DNA from: a virus
Lineage: Duplodnaviria; Caudoviricetes
DNA length: 45,023 bases
Reading direction: 5' to 3' (one strand)
IMG/VR virus record: IMGVR_UViG_3300012663_000955
Coordinates: 1 to 45,023 of that record
In this document: in pieces, positions 27,137 through 36,013 of the stretch
Numbering within the stretch: the stretch's first letter is position 1
Layout of the letters: each line of letters begins with the position of its first letter
The notes under the pieces: generated by a model
The model's database searches: none
What the model saw: only the letters and a program-made list of their open reading frames with translations
What the model was told of the DNA's origin: nothing
Program-made: the position numbers and the translations under genes

Positions 27137-27658
27137 ATGAAAAAAGAAGTGATTAAAAAAACATTACTGGGTGCAGTCGTATCGATTGCCATTGCTTATG
27201 GAGTCTCCAATGATCTGAGGCAATTTTCCAAGACCTTCGTAATGTCGGGTCTGGGGTGTGCATCAGTTGCCTATTGGTTTGAAAATAGAAAGAAGACTGA
27301 TAAGCGTGTGGAGGAATTGGAAGGTCTTTTAAATAAAAAGCAAACTGATGAACGTGTCACAGTGCTTGAAAATATGCTTGGAGAATCCGACAGTGTAATC
27401 GCAGAGCAAGAAGATGTTATCAAAAATTATGAAGGATTACTGGATGAAGCATCCGTTAAATTCCCTTGTAATTGTGGCAATAATATGTTCGATGGCATTT
27501 TCAAACCCATGGAGGAATTTGTCGTCGAATGTGACCATTGCAATAACAAATACGCAATAACCCTTAAATTGGAATCCGTATTACTCACGGAACCATTGGA
27601 AGATCTTAATATTGATAAATTAATTAAACAAAATACAGATGATAAAGATAGAAACTAA
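27137..27658 (+). CDS. Membrane-anchored coiled-coil protein with C-terminal Zn-ribbon
   Basis: Two N-terminal hydrophobic segments, coil, CNC...CDHC. Confidence 0.65.
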   Translation: MKKEVIKKTLLGAVVSIAIAYGVSNDLRQFSKTFVMSGLGCASVAYWFENRKKTDKRVEELEGLLNKKQTDERVTVLENMLGESDSVIAEQEDVIKNYEGLLDEASVKFPCNCGNNMFDGIFKPMEEFVVECDHCNNKYAITLKLESVLLTEPLEDLNIDKLIKQNTDDKDRN

Positions 27659-27866
27659 AAAAGGAGATGTCAAAATGACATTGACCGAATTTGCTAGATG
27701 GGCATGCTTAGTAGAAGCCTATTTATTTATTGATGATAAGGCCACAGAGTTCGGCATCGATCCAATAAACATGATAAAGCCACTAGCCATTGAAAAATAT
27801 ATAGATGAGCGATATCATGCGATGCTTTCCGATGTTCAATATGAACACGATTTAGGAATTATTTGA
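27639..27866 (+). CDS. Hypothetical protein
   Basis: Last + strand ORF before the convergence point. Confidence 0.6.
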   Translation: MIKIETKKGDVKMTLTEFARWACLVEAYLFIDDKATEFGIDPINMIKPLAIEKYIDERYHAMLSDVQYEHDLGII

Positions 27867-28691
27867 TAATCCCAAAAGATCATCCTCTATTTCCTTTTGT
27901 TTATCTTCCGATAAAACGTCTTTGAAGTGTTCTTTCAATTCTTTTGTCGGAAGATTTAATTCGTGGAAGCCTATCAAATAATTACGAAATCTTTCTTGGA
28001 AATTATTCGGATAGGTCACACCATTTGGTCTGTTGAAACGATGTAACCATCGTAAAAATGGTAGACATAATGTTTTTCTGCCATTTTTCTTGTATTTCTC
28101 GTGGATGTATCCTTCCTCACCACCGAATCCTCGAAATTCTTTGTTGAACCCCAGCCAAGAATCTTTTCTACATGAAAAGAGACCCAAACCTTGAGATGGG
28201 ATTTCAAATGGATCATTATTTTCATCCAATCCTCTTTCATCTGTTTGCCAAGTCCCCCACATGTGACCTCTCCATGTAAAATCGAAATGAGTGGAATAAC
28301 TCTTCACATCGTCGTATATGATCGGTCCTTGTAGCAGATTCCCACCGTCCAATCTGTTATCATAGAAATCTATCAATTTTTTTAATGATCCTTGTTCCAA
28401 TAGGACATGCGAATCAATAGATAATACGTAAGGCGTATCTGCCAATTCAAATATTTTATTTCTAATACTGGTAGATTTGTATTTGGTGAATGGGAGATAT
28501 TGAAAAGGTTCTTTGATCCAATTTGTCAAATCTCTGATCGCTTTACCATGTTTCGATTCAGGATTATTATCGATAATAACAAATTCGATATCATTCAATA
28601 CTTCAGCGTGATACATTCTAATAGCTTGTATGGAAAAATACAATCCATCATAATCATCATGTGTCGCCATCCCAATTGTTAATTTACGCAT
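27852..28691 (-). CDS. GT2-family glycosyltransferase
   Basis: LTIGMAT, VIIDNN, RNKIFELADTPYVLSIDSH, GFNKEFRGFGGEE, WLHRF. Confidence 0.85.
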   Translation of the reverse strand: MRKLTIGMATHDDYDGLYFSIQAIRMYHAEVLNDIEFVIIDNNPESKHGKAIRDLTNWIKEPFQYLPFTKYKSTSIRNKIFELADTPYVLSIDSHVLLEQGSLKKLIDFYDNRLDGGNLLQGPIIYDDVKSYSTHFDFTWRGHMWGTWQTDERGLDENNDPFEIPSQGLGLFSCRKDSWLGFNKEFRGFGGEEGYIHEKYKKNGRKTLCLPFLRWLHRFNRPNGVTYPNNFQERFRNYLIGFHELNLPTKELKEHFKDVLSEDKQKEIEDDLLGLSNNS

Positions 28692-28702
28692 GAAGATAAT
28701 TA

Positions 28703-29197
28703 TCAGAAACCCAACTTATTGCAACTATCATCAACACATTTAAAAATTGAAATTGTCGGAGCAAGAGTAGTTGTAGTAGTGGTCGTAGTAGTGGTCGTAG
28801 TCGTAGTGCTGCTAGTTATACCAAAATTTAAAGGATTCGAAGCATTCGGAGAAATAGTAGAGGTCGGCAATCTAGGTGCCGAAAATGTGCTAAATGATGG
28901 TATGACTGGCGGGAGATCTTCCGTAGTTTCCGGGTCAGGGACACAGCAATTTCTTGTTGTAGAGGAAGTCGTGGAGGAAGTTGGCGAAGAAGTTGTGCTT
29001 GAGGTGGAAGTGCTACTAGAAGTGCTAGATGTGCTAGATGTGCTAGATGTGCTAGATGTGCTAGATGTGCTAGATGTGCTGGTGGATGTCGTATCAGTGG
29101 ATGTCGTATCAGTGGATGTCGTATCAGTGGATGTTTCGTCCATAGATGTTATCAGTTCACCCTCTGGGGCAGCAGTCGTAGTGGTTAGGGTATCCAT
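28703..29197 (-). CDS. Mucin-like Ser/Thr/Pro-rich low-complexity protein with Cys pairs
   Basis: (TSTDT)n, (TSS)n and poly-Thr tracts; NCCVP and KCVDDSC; co-oriented and tightly packed with neighbours. Confidence 0.7.
   Translation of the reverse strand: MDTLTTTTAAPEGELITSMDETSTDTTSTDTTSTDTTSTSTSSTSSTSSTSSTSSTSSTSSSTSTSSTTSSPTSSTTSSTTRNCCVPDPETTEDLPPVIPSFSTFSAPRLPTSTISPNASNPLNFGITSSTTTTTTTTTTTTTTLAPTISIFKCVDDSCNKLGF
29022..29134. repeat. Tandem repeats: 9-bp GTGCTAGAT x6 and 15-bp GTGGATGTCGTATCA x3
   Basis: Perfect copies at 29022-29075 and 29082-29126, each followed by a partial unit. Confidence 0.95.
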
Positions 29198-29203
29198 TTT
29201 AAA

Positions 29204-29671
29204 TTACATTAAAATATAATTTCTATCAGACACTATATAAAATGTGTTCGGATCTGTATTCAGTGATAAAGTCGCCCAATTAGTCCTAGTGCTGCTCACT
29301 AAATTTGTTATGGTGTTACCACCTTTAGCTATTTGAGTGTTACTATCGATTCCTTTGCCCCCGATAGCTTCCCAATCGCCAATATTAGTCCCAGTGCCAC
29401 TCTTCAATCGATATAGTATTTTAGTGTCGCTATTATAAGCGGTATCGCCGATTTCTGCTGGTGCGAGACTGGTGATATTTGTCGCAGTCCCTTTAAATAG
29501 ATTACCAGCGAGAATTCCACCAGTCGTCACCCCATCACCAATAAATAAACGACGAGTATCATTAGTGAAAGCAGGTTCCCCCGAATTAAAGACCACGTTC
29601 AGACGTTCACTGTTAGTTCCTTGACGGAATAAAATTTTTAATAGTGTATTGTTGAATATTTCTACGCTCAT
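29204..29671 (-). CDS. Short tail-fibre-related protein with Mtd/hyaluronidase-type N-terminal domain
   Basis: KILFRQGT...GEPAFTNDTRRLFIGDG; C-term DPNTFYIV. Confidence 0.7.
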   Translation of the reverse strand: MSVEIFNNTLLKILFRQGTNSERLNVVFNSGEPAFTNDTRRLFIGDGVTTGGILAGNLFKGTATNITSLAPAEIGDTAYNSDTKILYRLKSGTGTNIGDWEAIGGKGIDSNTQIAKGGNTITNLVSSTRTNWATLSLNTDPNTFYIVSDRNYILM

Positions 29672-29673
29672 AA

Positions 29674-30786
29674 TTAATATGCAAAGATTGGTATCGCAAA
29701 TCTACCGAATGGTTGTCCTGTTTTTGAAGTGGAATCTCCTTCATATGCCAAGAATCCAGCAGATGTTAATGTTATGGTCACTGTGCTGATTCCATTGGAT
29801 GACATTGCAGTAAAATTCGTCAATCGAAGACCCGGTATTGCCCCTGTAATGGTGTGCGCAGGAGTGCCATTGAAGATAGCCGACAGACTATTACCACTAT
29901 TAAATGAAGATAATGTGGAATTACCAGTTAGTGTGCTATAAACAGACCTTTGAACGGCTTTTTTATCACCAATATTAGCCCATGCATTAACGGTAGTGGT
30001 AGGAGTTGCAACAGCTTGGTATAAAACACCGTCCACAGTCGCCACATCCCAATAACTTGCACTAAGTGTTGATAAAGCATTCGTAGAACTTTGTGGTTCG
30101 AAAAACACGTTCTTACCACTTAATGGTCTTATAGAATTATTTATCGAATTATATACTGAGATGTAATTTGCGGATAACGCACCATTTGCAAAGGTGAAAC
30201 TATTGGGATCAACTTTAAGGGTCACCGTATTACCATTACCCCCACTCAATCCATCACCAAAAGAAGACGAAAGTAATTCTCTAGTGGTGATAGATCCAAC
30301 ATTCAGTGAAAATTTACTAGCTGAAAGACTGAAAAACGATGGGTTGTAATTAATCTGTAATATACCATTATTAATATACAATCCATTACTGATAGTATTG
30401 GGATTTATTTTGGATGCTGACAATCCACTCAATTTTAAATTGATAGTGGATGACGAATCATATTCAAATTCTTGTGATATTTTAGTGGCGATTCTACCCC
30501 ATTTTGTGATATCAGTGTAAGGATTCGCTGTTAATTGATACCAAATATTATCAATTGAGGCGATATCACCTACTTCCGAATAGGTATTCGACAAACTTGA
30601 AAAATTAGTTAAAGGAGTATGATTTTTAGTCGTAACCGATACGCCACCACTCAATACGCCGTCACCAATATACAAACGATCCGTATCAGTGGTATATCCC
30701 GGTTCGCCTTGATCTAAACGTACAGCTAATCTTTGAGCATTAGTGCCCCTGCGAAATTTTATTTTTGAAATTTGAATATTTGCCAT
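29674..30786 (-). CDS. Tail fibre protein with Mtd-type N-terminal domain
   Basis: KIKFRRGT...LDQGEPGYTTDTDRLYIGDG; fibre-shaft-like GDGLSG and VDPNSFTFANGAL segments. Confidence 0.75.
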   Translation of the reverse strand: MANIQISKIKFRRGTNAQRLAVRLDQGEPGYTTDTDRLYIGDGVLSGGVSVTTKNHTPLTNFSSLSNTYSEVGDIASIDNIWYQLTANPYTDITKWGRIATKISQEFEYDSSSTINLKLSGLSASKINPNTISNGLYINNGILQINYNPSFFSLSASKFSLNVGSITTRELLSSSFGDGLSGGNGNTVTLKVDPNSFTFANGALSANYISVYNSINNSIRPLSGKNVFFEPQSSTNALSTLSASYWDVATVDGVLYQAVATPTTTVNAWANIGDKKAVQRSVYSTLTGNSTLSSFNSGNSLSAIFNGTPAHTITGAIPGLRLTNFTAMSSNGISTVTITLTSAGFLAYEGDSTSKTGQPFGRFAIPIFAY

Positions 30787-30789
30787 ATT

Positions 30790-31536
30790 TTAAGATATTC
30801 TTTGCCAGATATAAAGACCATGTGATGGTGGTGTTAATGATACTGGTGTTGGTGTATCAGATCCAGATACCGTCGTTGAACTCCTACCAATATTTGCTTC
30901 AGAAGAAATTCCTCTCAATAAATAAGACTGATCGAGAGATACCGCTGCACCGAGTGCAACAGTATTGTTACTTCCCAAAGCATTTATAGTCGTTGAGGGA
31001 ACGATGCCACTATTTGCTACATAGTGATAGTGCGGCGGAACATTCGAAGCTTCAAGAGTCGCTTCATGCAACCCAACATTTGTGCCAGAACTAAATGTTT
31101 TAGCGACACCATTTCCATCAGAAGATTCACCAACCCCTACGATGAATCTTCCATCTGCAATTTTCAACCACGATGTGCCAGTAAACCTAGTTGTTGGATT
31201 ATTATTATCAGCGGTTATATACACCGAACCGACTGGATAAAGATAATCAATCAAGGTTGCAAAACCTTTAATACTCAGATTATTAGCAATAATCATATCA
31301 GTGGCAGATACCGTTGCATTGGAGGATACCGATCCATCGACAGATACCGATCCATCGACAGATACTGATCCAGAAATCGATGCACCTCCACCTTCCGCAG
31401 CTATTTTCATGCTGGTTTTGTTTCCTAAACCATCGTAAACTTGGGTTGGAGCAGTCGGAGAAACCGGAACATTCGAAGTGTGAAGTATCCCAGCGTATGA
31501 ATCTGCTATAAATTGGTCAGTGAGATCGGGTAACAT
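30790..31536 (-). CDS. Baseplate/tail collar-like protein (gp10 C-terminal-like)
   Basis: YPVGSVYI...NP...GTSW...GRFIVG...PPHYH...YIWQRIS. Confidence 0.75.
   Translation of the reverse strand: MLPDLTDQFIADSYAGILHTSNVPVSPTAPTQVYDGLGNKTSMKIAAEGGGASISGSVSVDGSVSVDGSVSSNATVSATDMIIANNLSIKGFATLIDYLYPVGSVYITADNNNPTTRFTGTSWLKIADGRFIVGVGESSDGNGVAKTFSSGTNVGLHEATLEASNVPPHYHYVANSGIVPSTTINALGSNNTVALGAAVSLDQSYLLRGISSEANIGRSSTTVSGSDTPTPVSLTPPSHGLYIWQRIS
31324..31371. repeat. 18-bp in-frame tandem repeat (GSVSVD x2+)
   Basis: GATACCGATCCATCGACA twice plus a partial third copy. Confidence 0.85.
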
Positions 31537-31544
31537 ACTATTAT

Positions 31545-33329
31545 TTATTCAGAAGTGGTCAAATTGGAAATTAATTTTTGCTGAATCTCAGTTATTAATG
31601 TGAAAATACGTTGCATCGTTGTCGTATTGATGCTTTCATTTCCATTTATTCTTAAATTTTTTAAATCATAGTCGATTTTTTTAACATTAATCAACAAGAC
31701 ATCATCTTTTTTGAAATTGAAAGAATTAGATGCCTTCGCATAAAGCGTCAACGTATCTTTCAGGATATCCAATACATTTTTATTAAAATATAAACCAAAG
31801 GAATCGTCTCCACACGAAATATTTGTGAAATATTTGGTAGTATTATAATCGATTGCCGTATACCTATTGCTCATAATTGGTTGTTTGAGAGCATACAACC
31901 TACCAGAATTGTGCAATAAGGTGTAATTTTTGTTACTTCTGGTGATCTCATCAAAGATGATATTATAAAAATTATTAGCATTTATCCTGTTAGTATTCCA
32001 TTTAATAGGAGTATCATTAAATTTATGATAAGTGTTGTTAAAAAGATAATCAGGTGGATATTTCAAGCTGAATTTTTTGAAATTACCAGCAGTATTGCGC
32101 GGATTCGAGATGAATCTGGTTTCAATATTCCCAGAACTTCTTATGTAGAAGATATTCGAGTCATAAGTTGAAAATACGATATCATATTTATTTTCACTCA
32201 AGTCATTTATCTCATAATTGGTAAATGTGGTTGATATTAAATACGGATCGAAAGTCGCTATTGAATAAACACCATTTTTGAGGTGTAAAACGATCACGAA
32301 ATCATCAACATTTCTAATATCTATCGCCGTGACATTCTCTATTCCATATTCAAGCAAATTCATCGTTGTGAGTAATGTCGAGGACTTTTTATTCAAGAAA
32401 TACAAGACATTATTATCAATAATCGTCCTTATATTGTTTCCATATTTCATGAATTTCAAATTATCCAAATTATATGAAGTTATGTTGTAGAATCTATCTT
32501 CGAAAAGACCGAGAGTCTCTTTAAAATTTTTCTTAGTACTCCATTTTAAAGATACTGTCTCAACATCAAATACCTTGATACTATCAACTAGGATCAAGGT
32601 TCCACATTCGATATAATTCAATCCTTCGTAAATGTTGATAACTCCATTTATGATCACATTGATCTTATTTTCAAATTCATCGTAATATATACCATAAATT
32701 TTTTCTCCAAATTCTAAATCAATGATATCGTATGTCAGTAGAGATGTATTATCGAACGATCCACTTATAGTTATTAAATTTTCACCAGTTGAACACAGAT
32801 ATTTGAAACTTTGATCGGATTCCACGATAAAATCGCCATATTTAACATTTTCTAGGAAACCCCATTCATCCGAATAGTTGAAATTATCAATATGAGTGAC
32901 AACATTTTTACCCGTCATGATATCATCGTTTCTGGTATCTCTATTTGTAGAGGATAGTCCATAAAAATGACAATCATTTTCATCAAAATCGACAATTCTA
33001 GGATCACTGATGATCAACGATTTGAAAACCATCAAATTATTCATATCAATTTTATCGAATACTTTATCCAATGCATTTTTGTTTAAAATATCGAAAGAAT
33101 TTGAAAAATATGGTATTATATTTTCAATAGAATTGAATTGATTGTCGAATTCTAATTGCTTGAGATAAAATTCGGATGAAAAATTGTTTTTGGGTGTCAA
33201 TTCCTCGGAAAAGTTATCCTTTATTTTACCAGTATAAGCAATCCCGTTCTGAACATTGAAAAAGCCTGAATAGTCGATACCATTTAAGGTGAAGGACTCG
33301 CTATTTGTGTATTTAAAATATGTTGTCAT
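31545..33329 (-). CDS. Putative virion (baseplate/tail) protein
   Basis: 594 aa, Asn/Ile/Phe-rich, within the structural operon. Confidence 0.6.
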   Translation of the reverse strand: MTTYFKYTNSESFTLNGIDYSGFFNVQNGIAYTGKIKDNFSEELTPKNNFSSEFYLKQLEFDNQFNSIENIIPYFSNSFDILNKNALDKVFDKIDMNNLMVFKSLIISDPRIVDFDENDCHFYGLSSTNRDTRNDDIMTGKNVVTHIDNFNYSDEWGFLENVKYGDFIVESDQSFKYLCSTGENLITISGSFDNTSLLTYDIIDLEFGEKIYGIYYDEFENKINVIINGVINIYEGLNYIECGTLILVDSIKVFDVETVSLKWSTKKNFKETLGLFEDRFYNITSYNLDNLKFMKYGNNIRTIIDNNVLYFLNKKSSTLLTTMNLLEYGIENVTAIDIRNVDDFVIVLHLKNGVYSIATFDPYLISTTFTNYEINDLSENKYDIVFSTYDSNIFYIRSSGNIETRFISNPRNTAGNFKKFSLKYPPDYLFNNTYHKFNDTPIKWNTNRINANNFYNIIFDEITRSNKNYTLLHNSGRLYALKQPIMSNRYTAIDYNTTKYFTNISCGDDSFGLYFNKNVLDILKDTLTLYAKASNSFNFKKDDVLLINVKKIDYDLKNLRINGNESINTTTMQRIFTLITEIQQKLISNLTTSE

Positions 33330-33332
33330 TAT

Positions 33333-35516
33333 TCAATAAAATTCTATCTTATTTATTTCAGTAGTTAATGGAGAGAACGACTTGCATGTATCTTCCACGA
33401 TTCTTATCAAATTATTTTTAATATCATCAGGGATATCAACATTTTTAATCAAAATATCGATATGATTCGATTTGAAAGTTTGATTATTACAAACACATTG
33501 CAGCAATTCGATCTCGTCTTCGCTATTTCTTTGACCACATGGGATAGTAATGACGAGAGTATCAATACTCAGTGATTCGTTTATGTAAGACAATACCAAA
33601 GATTCATCAAAATTTAAATATTTTGAATATATTTTGAAATTTTGGATGTTGGAATTCAGGTCGAAATCGCCAAAAAGTATCTTCTTACCGAAAAATTGTG
33701 ATTTATCGAAGGATAAAGTTTTAATATTCGTCCCATTCAAGTTAAAATAACCAATTCCATTGATAGCATCCACGGATATAATCACTGTATTGACTTTTAA
33801 TTTTTTAAATTGTGTTGTAGCGTCGAATCCGATAATTGTCTCGTTGCTAGGGTCATATAATTTAAAAGAAAAGGATATATCATCGTTGTTCTTATTGACA
33901 TTTACACCGCAATCGATATTATTACGTCTACTAGCAAATGACCAATTCTCACTATCACCATTGAATGTGAAAAATATGGAGAAAACACCATTAGTATTTA
34001 TATTTTCAAAATAATTGGTATTCACTATTCCACATGTTTGGACTTCATCCGTAGAATTTACTTGCGGTAACGTGCTGAGACGTTCATACACAAAAACATC
34101 ATTGGGTTCGATGATAAAATCGCTTTTCTTATCAAATATGTAATAAGCCGATAAACTTTGTTTGATCAAATCGTTGTTGGAAACTAATTGTTCGATCAAA
34201 TCGGTATAAGTGACATCGAAAGTTGAATTTGTAGCTAAAGCGGACGCCTTTTCAATGCGATCTGGATAGTAATACCTATCCACCCAGACTTTATTGTCAC
34301 TCAAAGGAGAACCAGACAACCAAGTGCATAAATAAATCTGACCATCATCATATCCTTGAGAATTATCCATTTTATAAACTTTATCAGCATAAATAGGCGT
34401 GGTATATGAAAATGCACCAGATTCAATGAATTTGGTATCATTTATGTTGATTTTTGCGAATGGGTTTAAACTATTCGGGGCTTTGATAGTATTTTTACCC
34501 TTCTTTATTACGTATGGTTTATTGTAAAATACATAATTTAACGCTAAACTCTCATCTTTCTCACTATCAATATCATTGAAAATAGAAGAGTATGTTCTCA
34601 TTTCTTTTACATAGAAAGGAGAATTATTAGAGGATATCAAACTGTTTCCCGATGTGAATATGTCATCTTGTGTCAATTGATTTTTCAAAACAAGGATCTC
34701 GACATCATCATTTTCAGAATGCAGAAGAAAATTATTGGACAAATCTTTTTCTATAAGATTGTCTGGAATTATATTGTCCTCATTGTAACCAACTAATGTG
34801 AAATTATCATTACCATCGAGATTGTTGTAGATATTTTTATCAATTTTGATGCTATTTAAAGGTGCCAACATCTTATTAGCACTCGTGAAGGGCACCAGCG
34901 TTAATGTATTACCTTGTTTGATCAGCAATTTACAAGATCCATCATTTCTAAACAGACAGATCGAATTATCGGATTTAGAATAAATGTAATTAAAATCTAT
35001 ACCCGATAATCCTAATTTTTGAGCATAAAAATTGACAGTATTGGTAGAATCCTGAGTCAAATAATATTTTTTGTAATTGAATACTTTGTAAATATTGCAG
35101 ATATTTGAATCTTTCAGATCGATTATAAAATTTGTAGAGTCCGATGTGCTATCGCTGAATGTGTAATCTCCATAACAATCGTAACCCGTATAAATACTCG
35201 ATAATCCCAGAGCAGATTCACCCTTGAAATTGAAATTCAGATAAATGTTTCCAAATTTCAAAAATGTTAGGAAATTTTCTGATTTGATAGTGATGCCATT
35301 ATTGGCAGTTACATCGGATTGCTTGATTTCATCAGTAAGATAAAAAATACTGTAATTTTTATATTTCACATCCCTGATATTCGAAAATGCGTTATAAAAG
35401 TTGAATTTGTATCCACCATCATAATACCTCTCAAATTTATTGAGAGTGAAATTCCCACCATTATATGAGAATTCACGAGCATTACACGATGATATTTTAC
35501 TTACGAACGTATCCAC
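33333..35516 (-). CDS. Putative virion protein, possible C-terminal beta-sandwich (LamG-like) region
   Basis: 727 aa; TAAATA-N5-GTG; CTWLSG...WVDRYYYP. Confidence 0.6.
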   Translation of the reverse strand: MDTFVSKISSCNAREFSYNGGNFTLNKFERYYDGGYKFNFYNAFSNIRDVKYKNYSIFYLTDEIKQSDVTANNGITIKSENFLTFLKFGNIYLNFNFKGESALGLSSIYTGYDCYGDYTFSDSTSDSTNFIIDLKDSNICNIYKVFNYKKYYLTQDSTNTVNFYAQKLGLSGIDFNYIYSKSDNSICLFRNDGSCKLLIKQGNTLTLVPFTSANKMLAPLNSIKIDKNIYNNLDGNDNFTLVGYNEDNIIPDNLIEKDLSNNFLLHSENDDVEILVLKNQLTQDDIFTSGNSLISSNNSPFYVKEMRTYSSIFNDIDSEKDESLALNYVFYNKPYVIKKGKNTIKAPNSLNPFAKININDTKFIESGAFSYTTPIYADKVYKMDNSQGYDDGQIYLCTWLSGSPLSDNKVWVDRYYYPDRIEKASALATNSTFDVTYTDLIEQLVSNNDLIKQSLSAYYIFDKKSDFIIEPNDVFVYERLSTLPQVNSTDEVQTCGIVNTNYFENINTNGVFSIFFTFNGDSENWSFASRRNNIDCGVNVNKNNDDISFSFKLYDPSNETIIGFDATTQFKKLKVNTVIISVDAINGIGYFNLNGTNIKTLSFDKSQFFGKKILFGDFDLNSNIQNFKIYSKYLNFDESLVLSYINESLSIDTLVITIPCGQRNSEDEIELLQCVCNNQTFKSNHIDILIKNVDIPDDIKNNLIRIVEDTCKSFSPLTTEINKIEFY

Positions 35517-35524
35517 ATTAGTAT

Positions 35525-36013
35525 TTAATTGAACGGTGTTTCAAGCTCAATCAAATACCCACCATTTTTAGTCACAAATTGGTGTATTTTTTTATCAAAT
35601 TTACTAATCGTATTTATTAATGTCAGATCTTCGATGCTTTGCGTGTAATTGTAGTTGATCACACTAATAGGCACAGTGATAGTGGTCATATCACCATTAC
35701 AGTAGGAAACGTAAAAATTTGCGGATAGATTTTTACTTGTCGAAGACCCACTGGGATAGTATATGTGACTGTATGTCGTATTCAATACTTCTGAAAACCT
35801 ATTAGTAGGTGAAGAAATGTTGGACACGACATCATTTTCGAAAAATTCCTCAACATCATCACCCCAATTTATTTTCAAAAAACAAGGTAAGAAATTTTCC
35901 GAAACACCTGTTAAAATGACGTTCAGTGTGGTCATATCATTCAATACGAGCAAAGGAAGCTTATCTGTTTTTGATGTGATATTTGAAGATAATGATAAAT
36001 ATGCGTTATTCAT
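35525..36013 (-). CDS. Putative virion protein with PKD-like motif
   Basis: INWGDD...YSHIY. Confidence 0.6.
   Translation of the reverse strand: MNNAYLSLSSNITSKTDKLPLLVLNDMTTLNVILTGVSENFLPCFLKINWGDDVEEFFENDVVSNISSPTNRFSEVLNTTYSHIYYPSGSSTSKNLSANFYVSYCNGDMTTITVPISVINYNYTQSIEDLTLINTISKFDKKIHQFVTKNGGYLIELETPFN

Noticed and set aside
29022-29134. CRISPR-like array
   Set aside because: Contiguous tandem units with no spacers; in-frame coding repeats.
28719-29219. Val-rich + strand ORF (VVVV, VLD repeats)
   Set aside because: Antisense shadow of the Ser/Thr repeats; the - strand ORF fits the operon.
29204-30786. Diversity-generating retroelement suggested by Mtd-like domains
   Set aside because: Only the N-terminal domain is similar; no reverse transcriptase or TR/VR pair differing at adenines was seen.
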